NCBI GenBank assembly: GCA_965660445.1
Contig: CBFIAK010000001.1
Span: 480,001 to 544,000 of the forward strand
Direction of reading: 5' to 3'
Source: Patescibacteria group bacterium
GTDB taxonomy: Bacteria; Patescibacteriota; Gracilibacteria; UBA4473
Length of the DNA: 64,000 nt
Numbering within the stretch: the first letter of the stretch is position 1; each line of letters starts with the position of its first letter. Below the pieces are notes generated by a model that was not told where the DNA came from, ran no database searches, and saw nothing but the letters and a program-made list of their open reading frames with translations. Both the position numbers and the translations under genes were made by a program. This document shows, piece by piece, positions 49,422 through 59,150 of this stretch.

Positions 49422-50312
49422 ATGAATGTACAAGACCTCGTTCGAAAAATTCAACATTTAGAGTTTTCAACGAATCGAAAAGTCAATGATATTTTTGTTG
49501 GTAATTATAAATCAGCATTTCGAGGGAAAGGAATGGAATTTGCTGATATCCGGGCTTATGATGAAGGTGATGATTTTCGTGATATTGATTGGATCACAAC
49601 GGCTAAACAACAAAAATTATTTGTAAAAACGTATCATGAATCAAGAGAACTTACAACACTGCTGCTTATTGATGTTTCGGGATCAATGCATGTGTCTTCT
49701 ACTCAAAGAACAAAAAAAGAAATAGCCTTAGAGCTTATTGCAACACTTTGCTTTTCATCTTTAAAAAACAATGATAGAGTGGGCGCTGTTTTTTTTACTG
49801 ACAAAGTGCTTGAATTCGTGTACCCTCGAAAAGGATGGGCTCATGTGTGGAAGATATTGAGAAGCACTATTTTGCACTTTGAGCAAAATATGTATTCATC
49901 ATCAGATATAACGGTTCCTTTGCATTTTGTGACAAAAGCTTTTCCTCGTCGTGCATTGGCATTTATTGTGAGTGATGAATGTGATGGAGAGAATCAGTCT
50001 GTAAAGAAAGCATTTTCAACACTTTCTCATGTGCATGATTGTGTTTTTGCACGTGTATTTGATCCACTTGAGAAAGGAGTTCATGTTCATGGTGTGTTTC
50101 GGTTTCAAGATCCAGAAACAGGGGATGTAGGATATGTTGATTTAACAAATCCTCATAAAAAGAAACAATTTGCAGCATTAAGAGAAAAAAAAGAATTATC
50201 AATGAAACGAATGCTGCAGTCCACTGCTGTTGATATGGTCGAAATTGGGCCAAAAGATTCTTTATATAAACAATTATTTGTATTTTTTAAGCTCCGACAG
50301 CAAAGATACTAA
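49422..50312 (+). CDS. DUF58 domain protein
   Basis: G.G.EF.D.R.Y..GDD.R.IDW..TA, D.SGSM, DP.E. Confidence 0.92.
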   Translation: MNVQDLVRKIQHLEFSTNRKVNDIFVGNYKSAFRGKGMEFADIRAYDEGDDFRDIDWITTAKQQKLFVKTYHESRELTTLLLIDVSGSMHVSSTQRTKKEIALELIATLCFSSLKNNDRVGAVFFTDKVLEFVYPRKGWAHVWKILRSTILHFEQNMYSSSDITVPLHFVTKAFPRRALAFIVSDECDGENQSVKKAFSTLSHVHDCVFARVFDPLEKGVHVHGVFRFQDPETGDVGYVDLTNPHKKKQFAALREKKELSMKRMLQSTAVDMVEIGPKDSLYKQLFVFFKLRQQRY

Positions 50313-50315
50313 AAT

Positions 50316-50801
50316 ATGATACAAGATATTCATCCTCTCAAGCCTTTGTATGATTTACCATTTTTATCGGTATGGGAATGGGCTATTGTGTTATTTTTGC
50401 TGAGTTTTGTAGTTGTGAAAATTATAATTTTTATGTGGCATATCTGGACACAGAAACGCCATAAAGGAGATCATCCATTACCTTTATCATTTGATACGTC
50501 TTCGCTTGAGGAAGAAATTCAGGATCTGCGTCGTTATATTGAAATTGGTGATTTTAAGCGACTTGCTCATGAAGCCACCAATAAAACAAAAGACTTTTTA
50601 TCTCAGTCTCATGAAAGAAATATGAGAGAATGGACAACAACAGAAATACTCGAGTGGTATCATGATAAAGACGACAATGAGTCATATTTATCAGATATTT
50701 TTCAATTACTTGATTTGGTGAAATTCGCAAAAAAAAATGTTGATGAGGTTCAGGCTCATAAAGTTATTGATCGTATACTTCTTTTTATTCGTGAACAATG
50801 A
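50316..50801 (+). CDS. small TM protein of the Bat operon
   Basis: DI.PL.P, one TM helix, TT.EI, D.VKFAK; lies between DUF58 and BatA. Confidence 0.75.
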   Translation: MIQDIHPLKPLYDLPFLSVWEWAIVLFLLSFVVVKIIIFMWHIWTQKRHKGDHPLPLSFDTSSLEEEIQDLRRYIEIGDFKRLAHEATNKTKDFLSQSHERNMREWTTTEILEWYHDKDDNESYLSDIFQLLDLVKFAKKNVDEVQAHKVIDRILLFIREQ

Positions 50802-51829
50802 TTTTTCCTTTTGTATTTCAAGATATATACTGGTTTTGGATTGGACTACTTCTGCTTATTGGATATGGGGGATGGGTGTATACGCAATATCAAAAACCGA
50901 AAACAATTTTAACATCGGTGTTTTCGGATTTACAGATATTTCGAAAAAAATCATGGAAACGGTATTTGCCAATCATAAGGCATATCCTTTTTGTTGTTGT
51001 TTTATTTTTCTTGGTTATCGCTCTTGCTCGTCCACAAATGCTTCATAATACAGAAAGAGTAAAAAAAACAGGAGTTGATATTTTTATCGTACTGGATATT
51101 TCAGAATCAATGCTTGCTGAAGATTTAACCCCTAATAGAATCGAGGCTGCAAAAGGGTATATACGAGAATTCATTCAGCAGTTACAAACAGATCGTGTTG
51201 GAGTGATTGTGTTTGCTGGAAAACCATTTACTCACGCTCCCTTAACGTTTGATTATGGTGTAGTTGATGCCTATGTTCGTGATATTTCTACTCAATCAAT
51301 CAATCAAAGAGTTCGAGGACTTAATGGAACGGCTGTTGGAGACGCTCTGTTATTAGGACTTGATCGATTAAAAGACACAGAAGCCCGTACTCGAGTAATG
51401 GTGCTTTTAACAGATGGAGATGCAAATGTTGGTATAGAGCCTTTGATTGCTGCTCAGAAAGCAAGTTCTGAAGGTGTAAAAGTGTATGCAATTGGTATTG
51501 GTGATGAAGAAGGAGCATTGATTCCTATTGCAACTCAGAACGGAGAAAAGGTATATGCCCGAAACCAAGACGGGAGTTTTGTGCGTACGAGTCTCAACAA
51601 AGACGCTTTAAAAAATGTAGCGGAAAAAACGGGTGGTTCATTTTTTCACGTACAAACAAATCAAGCATTGCGAGAGAGTTTTGAAATGATTCAAAGTCTT
51701 GAAAAAACAGAAATAGAATCAGAAATTTCTATTCAATACGAAGAAAAATTTCAGGTTTTCTTGTGGATGGGGATTGTTTTTTTAGTTTTTTATATAGGGT
51801 TTGTATTTTTTATTCCATTATACGAATGA
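50798..51829 (+). CDS. batA: BatA-like vWA domain protein
   Basis: ALARPQ, MIDAS DISESM, PLT.D, GTAVGD, LLTDG, YAIGIG, terminal TM helices. Confidence 0.88.
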   Translation: MIFPFVFQDIYWFWIGLLLLIGYGGWVYTQYQKPKTILTSVFSDLQIFRKKSWKRYLPIIRHILFVVVLFFLVIALARPQMLHNTERVKKTGVDIFIVLDISESMLAEDLTPNRIEAAKGYIREFIQQLQTDRVGVIVFAGKPFTHAPLTFDYGVVDAYVRDISTQSINQRVRGLNGTAVGDALLLGLDRLKDTEARTRVMVLLTDGDANVGIEPLIAAQKASSEGVKVYAIGIGDEEGALIPIATQNGEKVYARNQDGSFVRTSLNKDALKNVAEKTGGSFFHVQTNQALRESFEMIQSLEKTEIESEISIQYEEKFQVFLWMGIVFLVFYIGFVFFIPLYE

Positions 51830-52824
51830 TAGGGGTGAGCATGTGGGCGTTCTGGAGTATTGTTTTTGCACTTATGCTTTGTGTGTGGGTTCTCATATGG
51901 GCCCATCGATTACAAGAAAAAAATAATTGGTATTTTACGCGAAATTGGAGATATACACCAAAGGTTGATCGTATCCGAAAACAGTGTTTGATTGCGGCTT
52001 TGTTTTTTGCACTTGTGGGAGCACTACAATTGCAGTGGGGGATGAGTGAAGAATCTATTGAATATAAAGGACTTGATATTTTATGGGCTTTAGATGTTTC
52101 AAAAAGCATGCGTGCTTTAGATTTTTCGAATGATGAACAATCAGTCGATCGTTTATCGGTGGCAAAAGAATTTATTGATGCATTTGTAGAGAAACGATCA
52201 ACAGATCGATTTGGATTAGTGCTGTTTGCAGGAAACTCATTTGTATCAGTACCACTTACTTTTGATCGGTCATTATTTCGACAGTTTCTCAGAGAATCTT
52301 CTGAAAATGATGTTTCACGGGGAGGAACAAATCTTCAAGAAGCGATTGGGGTTTCTTTAGAGCGTTTAACAGTACAAGATGAGGAGGAACGGGGGAGGGC
52401 TATTATTTTAGTGACCGATGGTGATCAAACAGAAAATAATGATATTCGGTCTTTGGTTCAAATGGCACAAACACTTCGTATTCCTATTTTTACTATTGGT
52501 ATTGGATCAACATCGGGAGTTCGTATTCCTGAGGGGCGAGATGTTTTTGGACGAATGGTATACATTCAGCATGAGGGGTATGATGTGGTGACCAAACTGA
52601 ATGAAGATGTACTTCGTATGATTGCTCGTGGTTCTGGAGGGGAATACGTGCATGCTGATTCCCTTGATGATATAGAAAAAGTTTCCTCATTTTTAGATGA
52701 ACTCCCTGTGTCTGTGTATGAAACATGGAACCAAACACAAAAAGAAGAACGGTATCAGATATTTCTCGTTATTGCTTTAATATTTTTATGTAGTTCGCTT
52801 TTTTTTCCATTTGATAAGTCATAA
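51826..52824 (+). CDS. batB: BatB-like vWA domain protein
   Basis: Q.G, MIDAS DVSKSM, PLT.D, GGTNL, VTDGD, IGIGS..G..IP, V.TKL.E..L..IA. Confidence 0.85.
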   Translation: MIGVSMWAFWSIVFALMLCVWVLIWAHRLQEKNNWYFTRNWRYTPKVDRIRKQCLIAALFFALVGALQLQWGMSEESIEYKGLDILWALDVSKSMRALDFSNDEQSVDRLSVAKEFIDAFVEKRSTDRFGLVLFAGNSFVSVPLTFDRSLFRQFLRESSENDVSRGGTNLQEAIGVSLERLTVQDEEERGRAIILVTDGDQTENNDIRSLVQMAQTLRIPIFTIGIGSTSGVRIPEGRDVFGRMVYIQHEGYDVVTKLNEDVLRMIARGSGGEYVHADSLDDIEKVSSFLDELPVSVYETWNQTQKEERYQIFLVIALIFLCSSLFFPFDKS

Positions 52825-52830
52825 TTTTTC

Positions 52831-53850
52831 ATGCGATTTTTATTTTTTTTCTCACGATACGCCTCGTTTTTCTTTCTTTTGATATCTCTGTTTCTTTTGA
52901 GTGGGTGTTCACAGAATGAATTACTTTTTAAATACTGGAACAAAAAAGGAAACACTCAACTTCAGCAAGAGCTCTATGATGCATCGCTTCAATCATATAG
53001 AAAAGCACAAGAAAAATCAGAACGATTATCGATAGTGGCTGAGTATAATGCAACACGTATCCCTTATTTGCGAGGAGAAATGGAATCAGCACTCCATCAA
53101 TGGTCAGAGTTAGAACAAAAATATTGTTCAGATGATGTAGTGCATATCTTGTGTCCTTTGGTTTGGTATAATAAGGGGAATACTCTGTATCGTCTTGGGG
53201 AAACAAAGCGATCATGGAATGAAAAAGTTTCGTTATGGGAGCAGGCGATTGAGAAATACGATCGAACATTGTCACTTACTCCTGATGATGTACAAGCACA
53301 AGAAAATAAAATTTTCATTGAAGAACAATTAAAAAATCCGCCACAAAGCAGTGATGAAGGGGATCAACAGATGGATGGAGATGGTGGAGAGAATGAGGGG
53401 GAAGATGAGGAAGGAGAAGGAGAAGGCGGAGGCAGCTCTCCATCTTCAGATGAAAATGAAAAAGAGGGGTCAGGCGGTGCTGAAAATTCAGAAGAATCAA
53501 ATGAAAACGAATCTTCTTCAGATCAAGAAAATTCGTCAGAAGACAACGAGTCAAGTGATGGAGGAAGTGAAGAAAATAAGAGTGAAAATGAATCTTCACA
53601 AGACCAAAAATCACCTTTTTCTCCTGAAGTTCAACGCCAATTACAGCAATATCAACAGGAACTTATGCAACAAGAACAATCTTTTGAAGAATATCACAAT
53701 AGAAACCCACATGCAGCACAGTCGCAAATGAATAATCCATTGTGGAATGATCTATGGCAAGATCCATTTTTTCGCCAATTCTTAGGCAATCAATTACCAC
53801 CACAGTTTCAATCGCCTACAGAAAATGATCCCGTTGAAAAAGATTGGTGA
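52831..53850 (+). CDS. BatC-like TPR protein with acidic low-complexity tail
   Basis: Lipobox LSGC; TPRs (YN.GN.LY), E/S/N/G-rich linker, terminal EKDW. Confidence 0.8.
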   Translation: MRFLFFFSRYASFFFLLISLFLLSGCSQNELLFKYWNKKGNTQLQQELYDASLQSYRKAQEKSERLSIVAEYNATRIPYLRGEMESALHQWSELEQKYCSDDVVHILCPLVWYNKGNTLYRLGETKRSWNEKVSLWEQAIEKYDRTLSLTPDDVQAQENKIFIEEQLKNPPQSSDEGDQQMDGDGGENEGEDEEGEGEGGGSSPSSDENEKEGSGGAENSEESNENESSSDQENSSEDNESSDGGSEENKSENESSQDQKSPFSPEVQRQLQQYQQELMQQEQSFEEYHNRNPHAAQSQMNNPLWNDLWQDPFFRQFLGNQLPPQFQSPTENDPVEKDW

Positions 53851-53893
53851 TTCAGCTGTACAAAACAAAGGCACTTCTTTACAATGTATGGTG

Positions 53894-54538
53894 ATGATAC
53901 AAAAATCACTCGTCCTCATTTTTTCGGCTCTCTTCCTTTCATCGTGTGGTCGATATGTGCCGCCTGAACCATTAAATAACGAAACACATCCATCAGAGAT
54001 ATTTTTTGGAAGAATAAATGATGCCGTTTTGAATGGTAACATAGAAGATGCAAAACAGGGATTATGTGAAACGATTAATGGAGATGTGCTTCATGATCTT
54101 GATTTTCGAAAAGCACTCTCTATTCCTTTAGCTAAAACACCCAATATGCCCGATTCAGTCTCATATTCTGTAGAATTTCTTGCTCAGCGTGATGGGTATA
54201 CTGAGCTTGTTTCACTATTGAATTTTATGGGGAAAACAATGACTCAGAAAATAAATATACTGCATAAACCAAGTCGTCTTCACCAAGAGTATTGTATTGA
54301 AATTTATCCAGTAGAAATGAGTCAAGATGCACCAGTCGAAGAAGAAGAGCCTTTATTTCAAGTGCCACCAGATGAGGAAGAAATGAAAGCATTGGAGAAT
54401 TTTATGATTGATTATATGACGCAAAGAGGATTAACGGAGGAAATGGCTTTGCAGTTAAGTGAATCAGAAAGAAAGGTTATTGAAGAAGAATTGAAGCAAC
54501 AAGTACGAAAATTTCGTGAAGAACAGAAAACAGAATAA
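53894..54538 (+). CDS. hypothetical lipoprotein
   Basis: Lipobox LSSC; start 53888, 53891 or 53894. Confidence 0.7.
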   Translation: MIQKSLVLIFSALFLSSCGRYVPPEPLNNETHPSEIFFGRINDAVLNGNIEDAKQGLCETINGDVLHDLDFRKALSIPLAKTPNMPDSVSYSVEFLAQRDGYTELVSLLNFMGKTMTQKINILHKPSRLHQEYCIEIYPVEMSQDAPVEEEEPLFQVPPDEEEMKALENFMIDYMTQRGLTEEMALQLSESERKVIEEELKQQVRKFREEQKTE

Positions 54539-54631
54539 TTATGAGAAAGTGTTCGGCAATTTGCTAAAAAATTTGAGTTTTTTATTGGGAATTCTTACAA
54601 TGCATTGCGTTTGTACTTTCTTTTTCTTTTT

Positions 54632-55144
54632 ATGAAGTTTTTATCTTATTTTCAGTTTGGATTTTTCAGTGTAAGTTTGCTCTTATTCGGATGCAGTGTT
54701 GGGGTGGACTCAGAAAACAAACTGACAGCAGAAGATGTGTTTCGAAGTGTAAACGATTCAATGTTGCAAGGAGATTTGCAGTCAGCATTGCAATATGTGT
54801 GTCTTGATCAAAGACCAACAGAAGAACAGATTCTCATGATTCAAACATCACTTGATTTAATCCCTCAAGAAGTAAAATCATCTATTTCTTATAGTATCGA
54901 TGAAATTATAGAAAAAGAAGATCGTACTGAGATCATAGCCACTATGACTTTACAAAGTGAAGTGGAAGTGCAATTAGCCACTATTTATCATCAACCCAGT
55001 GAAGCTCATTCTCGCTTTTGTGTCGATATGACAGAAACACAAGAATCGGTGTCTGAAGAAGACGACTCTTTACTGTTGGATGATGCGTTGAAGTTGGAGA
55101 ATGATGAAGTTATTTTAGAAGAATCAATAATCCTTGATGAGTAG
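54632..55144 (+). CDS. hypothetical lipoprotein (paralog of upstream gene)
   Basis: Lipobox LFGC; shares ND..L.G....A...[LV]C, S.SYS, TE, H.PS..H..[YF]C with the upstream protein. Confidence 0.7.
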   Translation: MKFLSYFQFGFFSVSLLLFGCSVGVDSENKLTAEDVFRSVNDSMLQGDLQSALQYVCLDQRPTEEQILMIQTSLDLIPQEVKSSISYSIDEIIEKEDRTEIIATMTLQSEVEVQLATIYHQPSEAHSRFCVDMTETQESVSEEDDSLLLDDALKLENDEVILEESIILDE

Positions 55145-55320
55145 ATTTTCGTCATTCGATGAAGAATAAAAAGGAGATCGAGTGAGTGAATATCGTCGAA
55201 GAAAAAATCAGAAAAATATTGACAAAGTTTATTTTTTTGTTAAATGTAAATTTGCAAAAATAAAAACACAAAGAAAAAAGGGGTGCCTATGCATTCTTTA
55301 TTCTGTTTTCTTTTTTTTAT

Positions 55321-56268
55321 ATGACTCAAAAAACATCTTTTATTTTCGGATTATTCTTCTTTGCATCAGGAATTTTTCTGTGGCAAGCACAAGCGTATAC
55401 AGTAGCTCGAAATACATGGCAAAATAGACCAACACGAACATTTTCGGCTCGGTATGGTTCATACAGACATACGATTCCAACGAGAAAACAATTGAATTAT
55501 AACACAGTTGCTTTTACTCATCCTTCTATGAGAGGGAATACTCACTTGCATTCTCAATATAGAGAATCAACACTTCCTACTCGTGATCAAAGACTTTTAC
55601 GACGTATCAAAAACCCAGAACTGTATCCTCGGTATATGAATGAGTTGCAGTCGCAGGTATATGTTGTTCGAGGTGAAAATTATAGTGTTGTACAAGGGCT
55701 TCCATTTACAGCAGAACAGAATATTTATTTATACGATCAAAAAAGAGAGCAACGACTTATTGCAGCAGAAGAAAAAAATATTACATCACGTGTGAATGAT
55801 TCATGGCGTTTGTCACAAGAACGACGAACTCTTCAATCATCCTACACATTCACTCCACCGACTGGGTTTGAAAAGCAAGGTCGTGATACGTATAGACATG
55901 ATTCATATTCTTTTGCATTTCGTATTCAAGAAGATAACTCAACCGTTTGTCACAAACAAAGCGCAACAGAGTGTGCGGTGAATAAACGAAAATCATTTGT
56001 TGATGACCAAGGGATTTCAGTGACTTCTTCTATCAAGAGAATGGTATGGAATCACCAAGGGTATGCTCGTTCTTTCACCACAATCCCAAGTATAACAGAA
56101 GCTTTTTATGCTTCTACGTATGGAAATGAATATCTCTATTTTATTTTCACTATTATGCATCCTGAAACTGGTAGAGTGCTCCATATTGAAGCTGTATCTG
56201 ACATATCTGAAAAAGATATATCAGCCCAAATAATGAAGCATATTATCGAAAGTTTTCAGTTCTTGTAG
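55321..56268 (+). CDS. hypothetical secreted protein with PsbP-like C-terminal domain
   Basis: Signal peptide ending AQA; R-rich N-half; YTFTPP.GF ... IIESFQF. Confidence 0.65.
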   Translation: MTQKTSFIFGLFFFASGIFLWQAQAYTVARNTWQNRPTRTFSARYGSYRHTIPTRKQLNYNTVAFTHPSMRGNTHLHSQYRESTLPTRDQRLLRRIKNPELYPRYMNELQSQVYVVRGENYSVVQGLPFTAEQNIYLYDQKREQRLIAAEEKNITSRVNDSWRLSQERRTLQSSYTFTPPTGFEKQGRDTYRHDSYSFAFRIQEDNSTVCHKQSATECAVNKRKSFVDDQGISVTSSIKRMVWNHQGYARSFTTIPSITEAFYASTYGNEYLYFIFTIMHPETGRVLHIEAVSDISEKDISAQIMKHIIESFQFL

Positions 56269-56293
56269 TTTTTAATCTATTTTCTTTTTTATC

Positions 56294-57154
56294 ATGAAAA
56301 AAAATACACTTCTTGTTCTCAGTTTTCTTCTCCTTTTGAGCGGAGTTATCTCTCTTGCTTTTGCATCTCGCGATGCATATCATTCATATCTTTCACAAAC
56401 AGAAAGTAACCGACGTGGTGATAATAAACGTATTTTAAGTGTTCGCCAAAAATCATTTACTCCCATACAAACAGGAATGGAAAAAACGCGATTATTGCGA
56501 AACAGTGCTGCTCGTGATTTAGCTGAAACGGCAGAAGAAAAACAAAGACGTACTGTTCGTGAACGATTTGCACCTGAACCAGAATATAAACGACGAGTTT
56601 TCTCAAGTCGAAAAAATAAATGGTCGCAACCTCTTCAGAGAGAAGAAATGGGATTGCGAACAATTTCTTTAAAAGAAACAGATGCTTCGGTTTTAGAAAC
56701 TTATAAAAATACAACATTTAGTATTCAAGTTCCTCAAAATTGGAAATTGTTGGACGAAGAAGGGCATGTGTTTGTAAGCCAAGAAAAAGATTATATTCTT
56801 TCTGTTGAACGGGTTGATATGCCATGTTCAAACCAATCGTTTACGGAATGCGTTATGGCACTTTCAAAATCAAAAAATGGTCATGGAAATAATCGTCTTC
56901 TCACCCTTTCTCGGGTAGCTCGATTACATCAATTTACAAACACCATAAAAGGATCACGAATTCAAACAGAAACATTCACAGAAGGTTTTTCTACAACACT
57001 TTTGGGTCGAGAATTATATGTGAGTCGGTATTATGTTTCTGACTTAGAAGGGAATGTGTATATCATAGAAGTTCATATCAATCATGATGTAGCTCCTCAA
57101 TATATCTTTACGACAAAGCGAATTTTTGATTCTTTTCGAATACTACAAGACTAA
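56294..57154 (+). CDS. hypothetical secreted protein with PsbP-like C-terminal domain
   Basis: Signal peptide ending AFA; YKN..FSIQVP.NW ... IFDSFRI. Confidence 0.7.
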   Translation: MKKNTLLVLSFLLLLSGVISLAFASRDAYHSYLSQTESNRRGDNKRILSVRQKSFTPIQTGMEKTRLLRNSAARDLAETAEEKQRRTVRERFAPEPEYKRRVFSSRKNKWSQPLQREEMGLRTISLKETDASVLETYKNTTFSIQVPQNWKLLDEEGHVFVSQEKDYILSVERVDMPCSNQSFTECVMALSKSKNGHGNNRLLTLSRVARLHQFTNTIKGSRIQTETFTEGFSTTLLGRELYVSRYYVSDLEGNVYIIEVHINHDVAPQYIFTTKRIFDSFRILQD

Positions 57155-57172
57155 AAAAGAAAAAAGAAATAC

Positions 57173-57209
57173 AAAAAAAGCCGGCAATAATCGTTGTCGG
57201 CTTTTTTTT
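57173..57209 (+). terminator. intrinsic terminator
   Basis: AAAAAAAGCCGGCAA-taatcg-TTGTCGGCTTTTTTTT. Confidence 0.8.
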
Positions 57210-57243
57210 GTTATTTTTGTTTTCTTTGATACTATGAAAATAC

Positions 57244-59079
57244 ATGAAAATAAAACAATACGGTGTTCGATTTTGTGTCTCGTTATTATTTTTGTTGGGC
57301 TTTTTGCCTTCTACTTCAGCTGTTGATGTTGCTCAATTGCACGAATATCTACAATCAAAAAGACAGGGAATAACAAGAACGTTGCAGACCCCAATGCGCG
57401 TGTATTCTACTCCTGAATCAACATCACTTACTCCATTTCGTTGGCATTTTTCTGAAACGGATCGTGCGAAATATGGTGTTTATAGAGGAAAATCTGTGTC
57501 TGAAGAATCGAAAGCTCCTGTACAAACATCAACGCTTTGGAAACGATTACAATCCCAAAGAAATACGCTTATTCGTGATTACATAGATGTATCGGTTCGT
57601 TCATTTGTACAAGATCGTCCAAGTACTGAAATAAATACTCGTGTTGAGCGTGCATTTGATATTCGTCTTCAGCACAAAGGAACCATTGATGCTGTGCATG
57701 TAGATACATTTACTTTCGATGTTTTGCATCCCAGTGGGATAGCTCAAGATTTAGATTTATTTGAAATTGTTATAAATGAAGGGGAGGGGTTTGTAATTGG
57801 AAGTGATAGAGAAGTGACAGTGCAGTTTCAAAATGCTCGCATAGCACAAAATGAAAGCCTGAATATTTCAGTAGGGGTTCGTGTAAGAGACCCAGAACAA
57901 ACGCCTTATCAAAATGGGGCATTAAAGTTGCGATTAAAAGATGTGTCGTTTATAAATGAACGCACACAAAAACCAGTTCCTTCTTCATTTGTAGGATCAG
58001 TTGTGTCTTCTGTTATTGCATGGGTGCCGAGTGGGGGATCGCAACCTCATCAACAACAGCAAATTTCAGGAAGATCAGAACAAATATATGGTCGAGCATT
58101 ATCATCAAGTCAAAAGGCATTGGTGTTAAAATTAAACCTTGAATCGTCTTTTGATGATATGTTTGTCGAATCTTTGTCTGTGTATGACACATTGAGTGTG
58201 GGGGATATTGATCATTTTGTTCGCTCTATTCGTATTATTGATGAACAAACTGGACTGGTGCTTGATCAAACACGATTTATTAATGGAAGGGCTCGATTTG
58301 ATATGAATAATAAGGTGTACGTTGCACGAAACCAACAGAAATCACTCCTTTTTGAAGTCGAAATTGATTCCACTATACAAACGAGTAATAATACATTTCG
58401 ATTACAATTAGATCCTCGGGATATAGATGTTCGTAGTGCATCGACAGGAAAAGAACTCAGTGATACTCGTAAACAGGTAGATATACGCAGTGATATATTT
58501 TCTGTATCGCAGTCCGGTGGGGGACTTGCTGTACAACATCTCCCACTTGAAGGGTTTGCGGTAGTGGATTCTCGTCCAACATTGGTCAAAAAAATATCAA
58601 TAACGAATAATGACGCGAAATCGGTATCAATAGCACGAATATCATTTGATGTTTTACTCAGCGGGCTTGAGTATGCGGATGGACGTTCTATTGATGATTT
58701 TGAGTTAGTGCAAATGTATCAAGGGCGACGAGTGGGTGCATTGTTTACCCCAACCCTCTTATCGGGAGGAATGATTCGTTTTGATGCAGAAAAATCACTT
58801 GTTTTAGATCGAGGCAGGAGTATTGAACTGGGATTGTTTCTAAAAATGACAGACATAACCAATGGTCGATCAAGCTCAGATAGTGTATCAGTGAATATAC
58901 TGAGTGATGATACCTACTATAAAGCCGATAAACAAAGCTTAAAATCTGTTCCAGCCTATTTTATATGGTCAGACCATTCAGGAAGACCTCATTCAGAAGA
59001 ATCGTCTGATTGGTTGTCTGGGTATCATATACAAGGTATTCCAAGTGGCTACGATGTGCAATATCGAGAACCTCGATAG
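57244..59079 (+). CDS. hypothetical secreted beta-rich surface protein
   Basis: Signal peptide ending TSA; repeated beta-sandwich-like segments; C-terminal FIWSD.S..PHS..S.DWL.GY. Confidence 0.75.
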   Translation: MKIKQYGVRFCVSLLFLLGFLPSTSAVDVAQLHEYLQSKRQGITRTLQTPMRVYSTPESTSLTPFRWHFSETDRAKYGVYRGKSVSEESKAPVQTSTLWKRLQSQRNTLIRDYIDVSVRSFVQDRPSTEINTRVERAFDIRLQHKGTIDAVHVDTFTFDVLHPSGIAQDLDLFEIVINEGEGFVIGSDREVTVQFQNARIAQNESLNISVGVRVRDPEQTPYQNGALKLRLKDVSFINERTQKPVPSSFVGSVVSSVIAWVPSGGSQPHQQQQISGRSEQIYGRALSSSQKALVLKLNLESSFDDMFVESLSVYDTLSVGDIDHFVRSIRIIDEQTGLVLDQTRFINGRARFDMNNKVYVARNQQKSLLFEVEIDSTIQTSNNTFRLQLDPRDIDVRSASTGKELSDTRKQVDIRSDIFSVSQSGGGLAVQHLPLEGFAVVDSRPTLVKKISITNNDAKSVSIARISFDVLLSGLEYADGRSIDDFELVQMYQGRRVGALFTPTLLSGGMIRFDAEKSLVLDRGRSIELGLFLKMTDITNGRSSSDSVSVNILSDDTYYKADKQSLKSVPAYFIWSDHSGRPHSEESSDWLSGYHIQGIPSGYDVQYREPR

Positions 59080-59150
59080 AACGAAATAAACTTCTTGAAG
59101 AGAAGTATTTCTCTTGTATTATGTTTGTATTGAGAAAGATTCCTTACGGT

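Noticed and set aside
53340-53610. GAA/GAT-rich low-complexity stretch as a DNA repeat element
   Set aside because: It encodes the acidic linker typical of BatC-like proteins.
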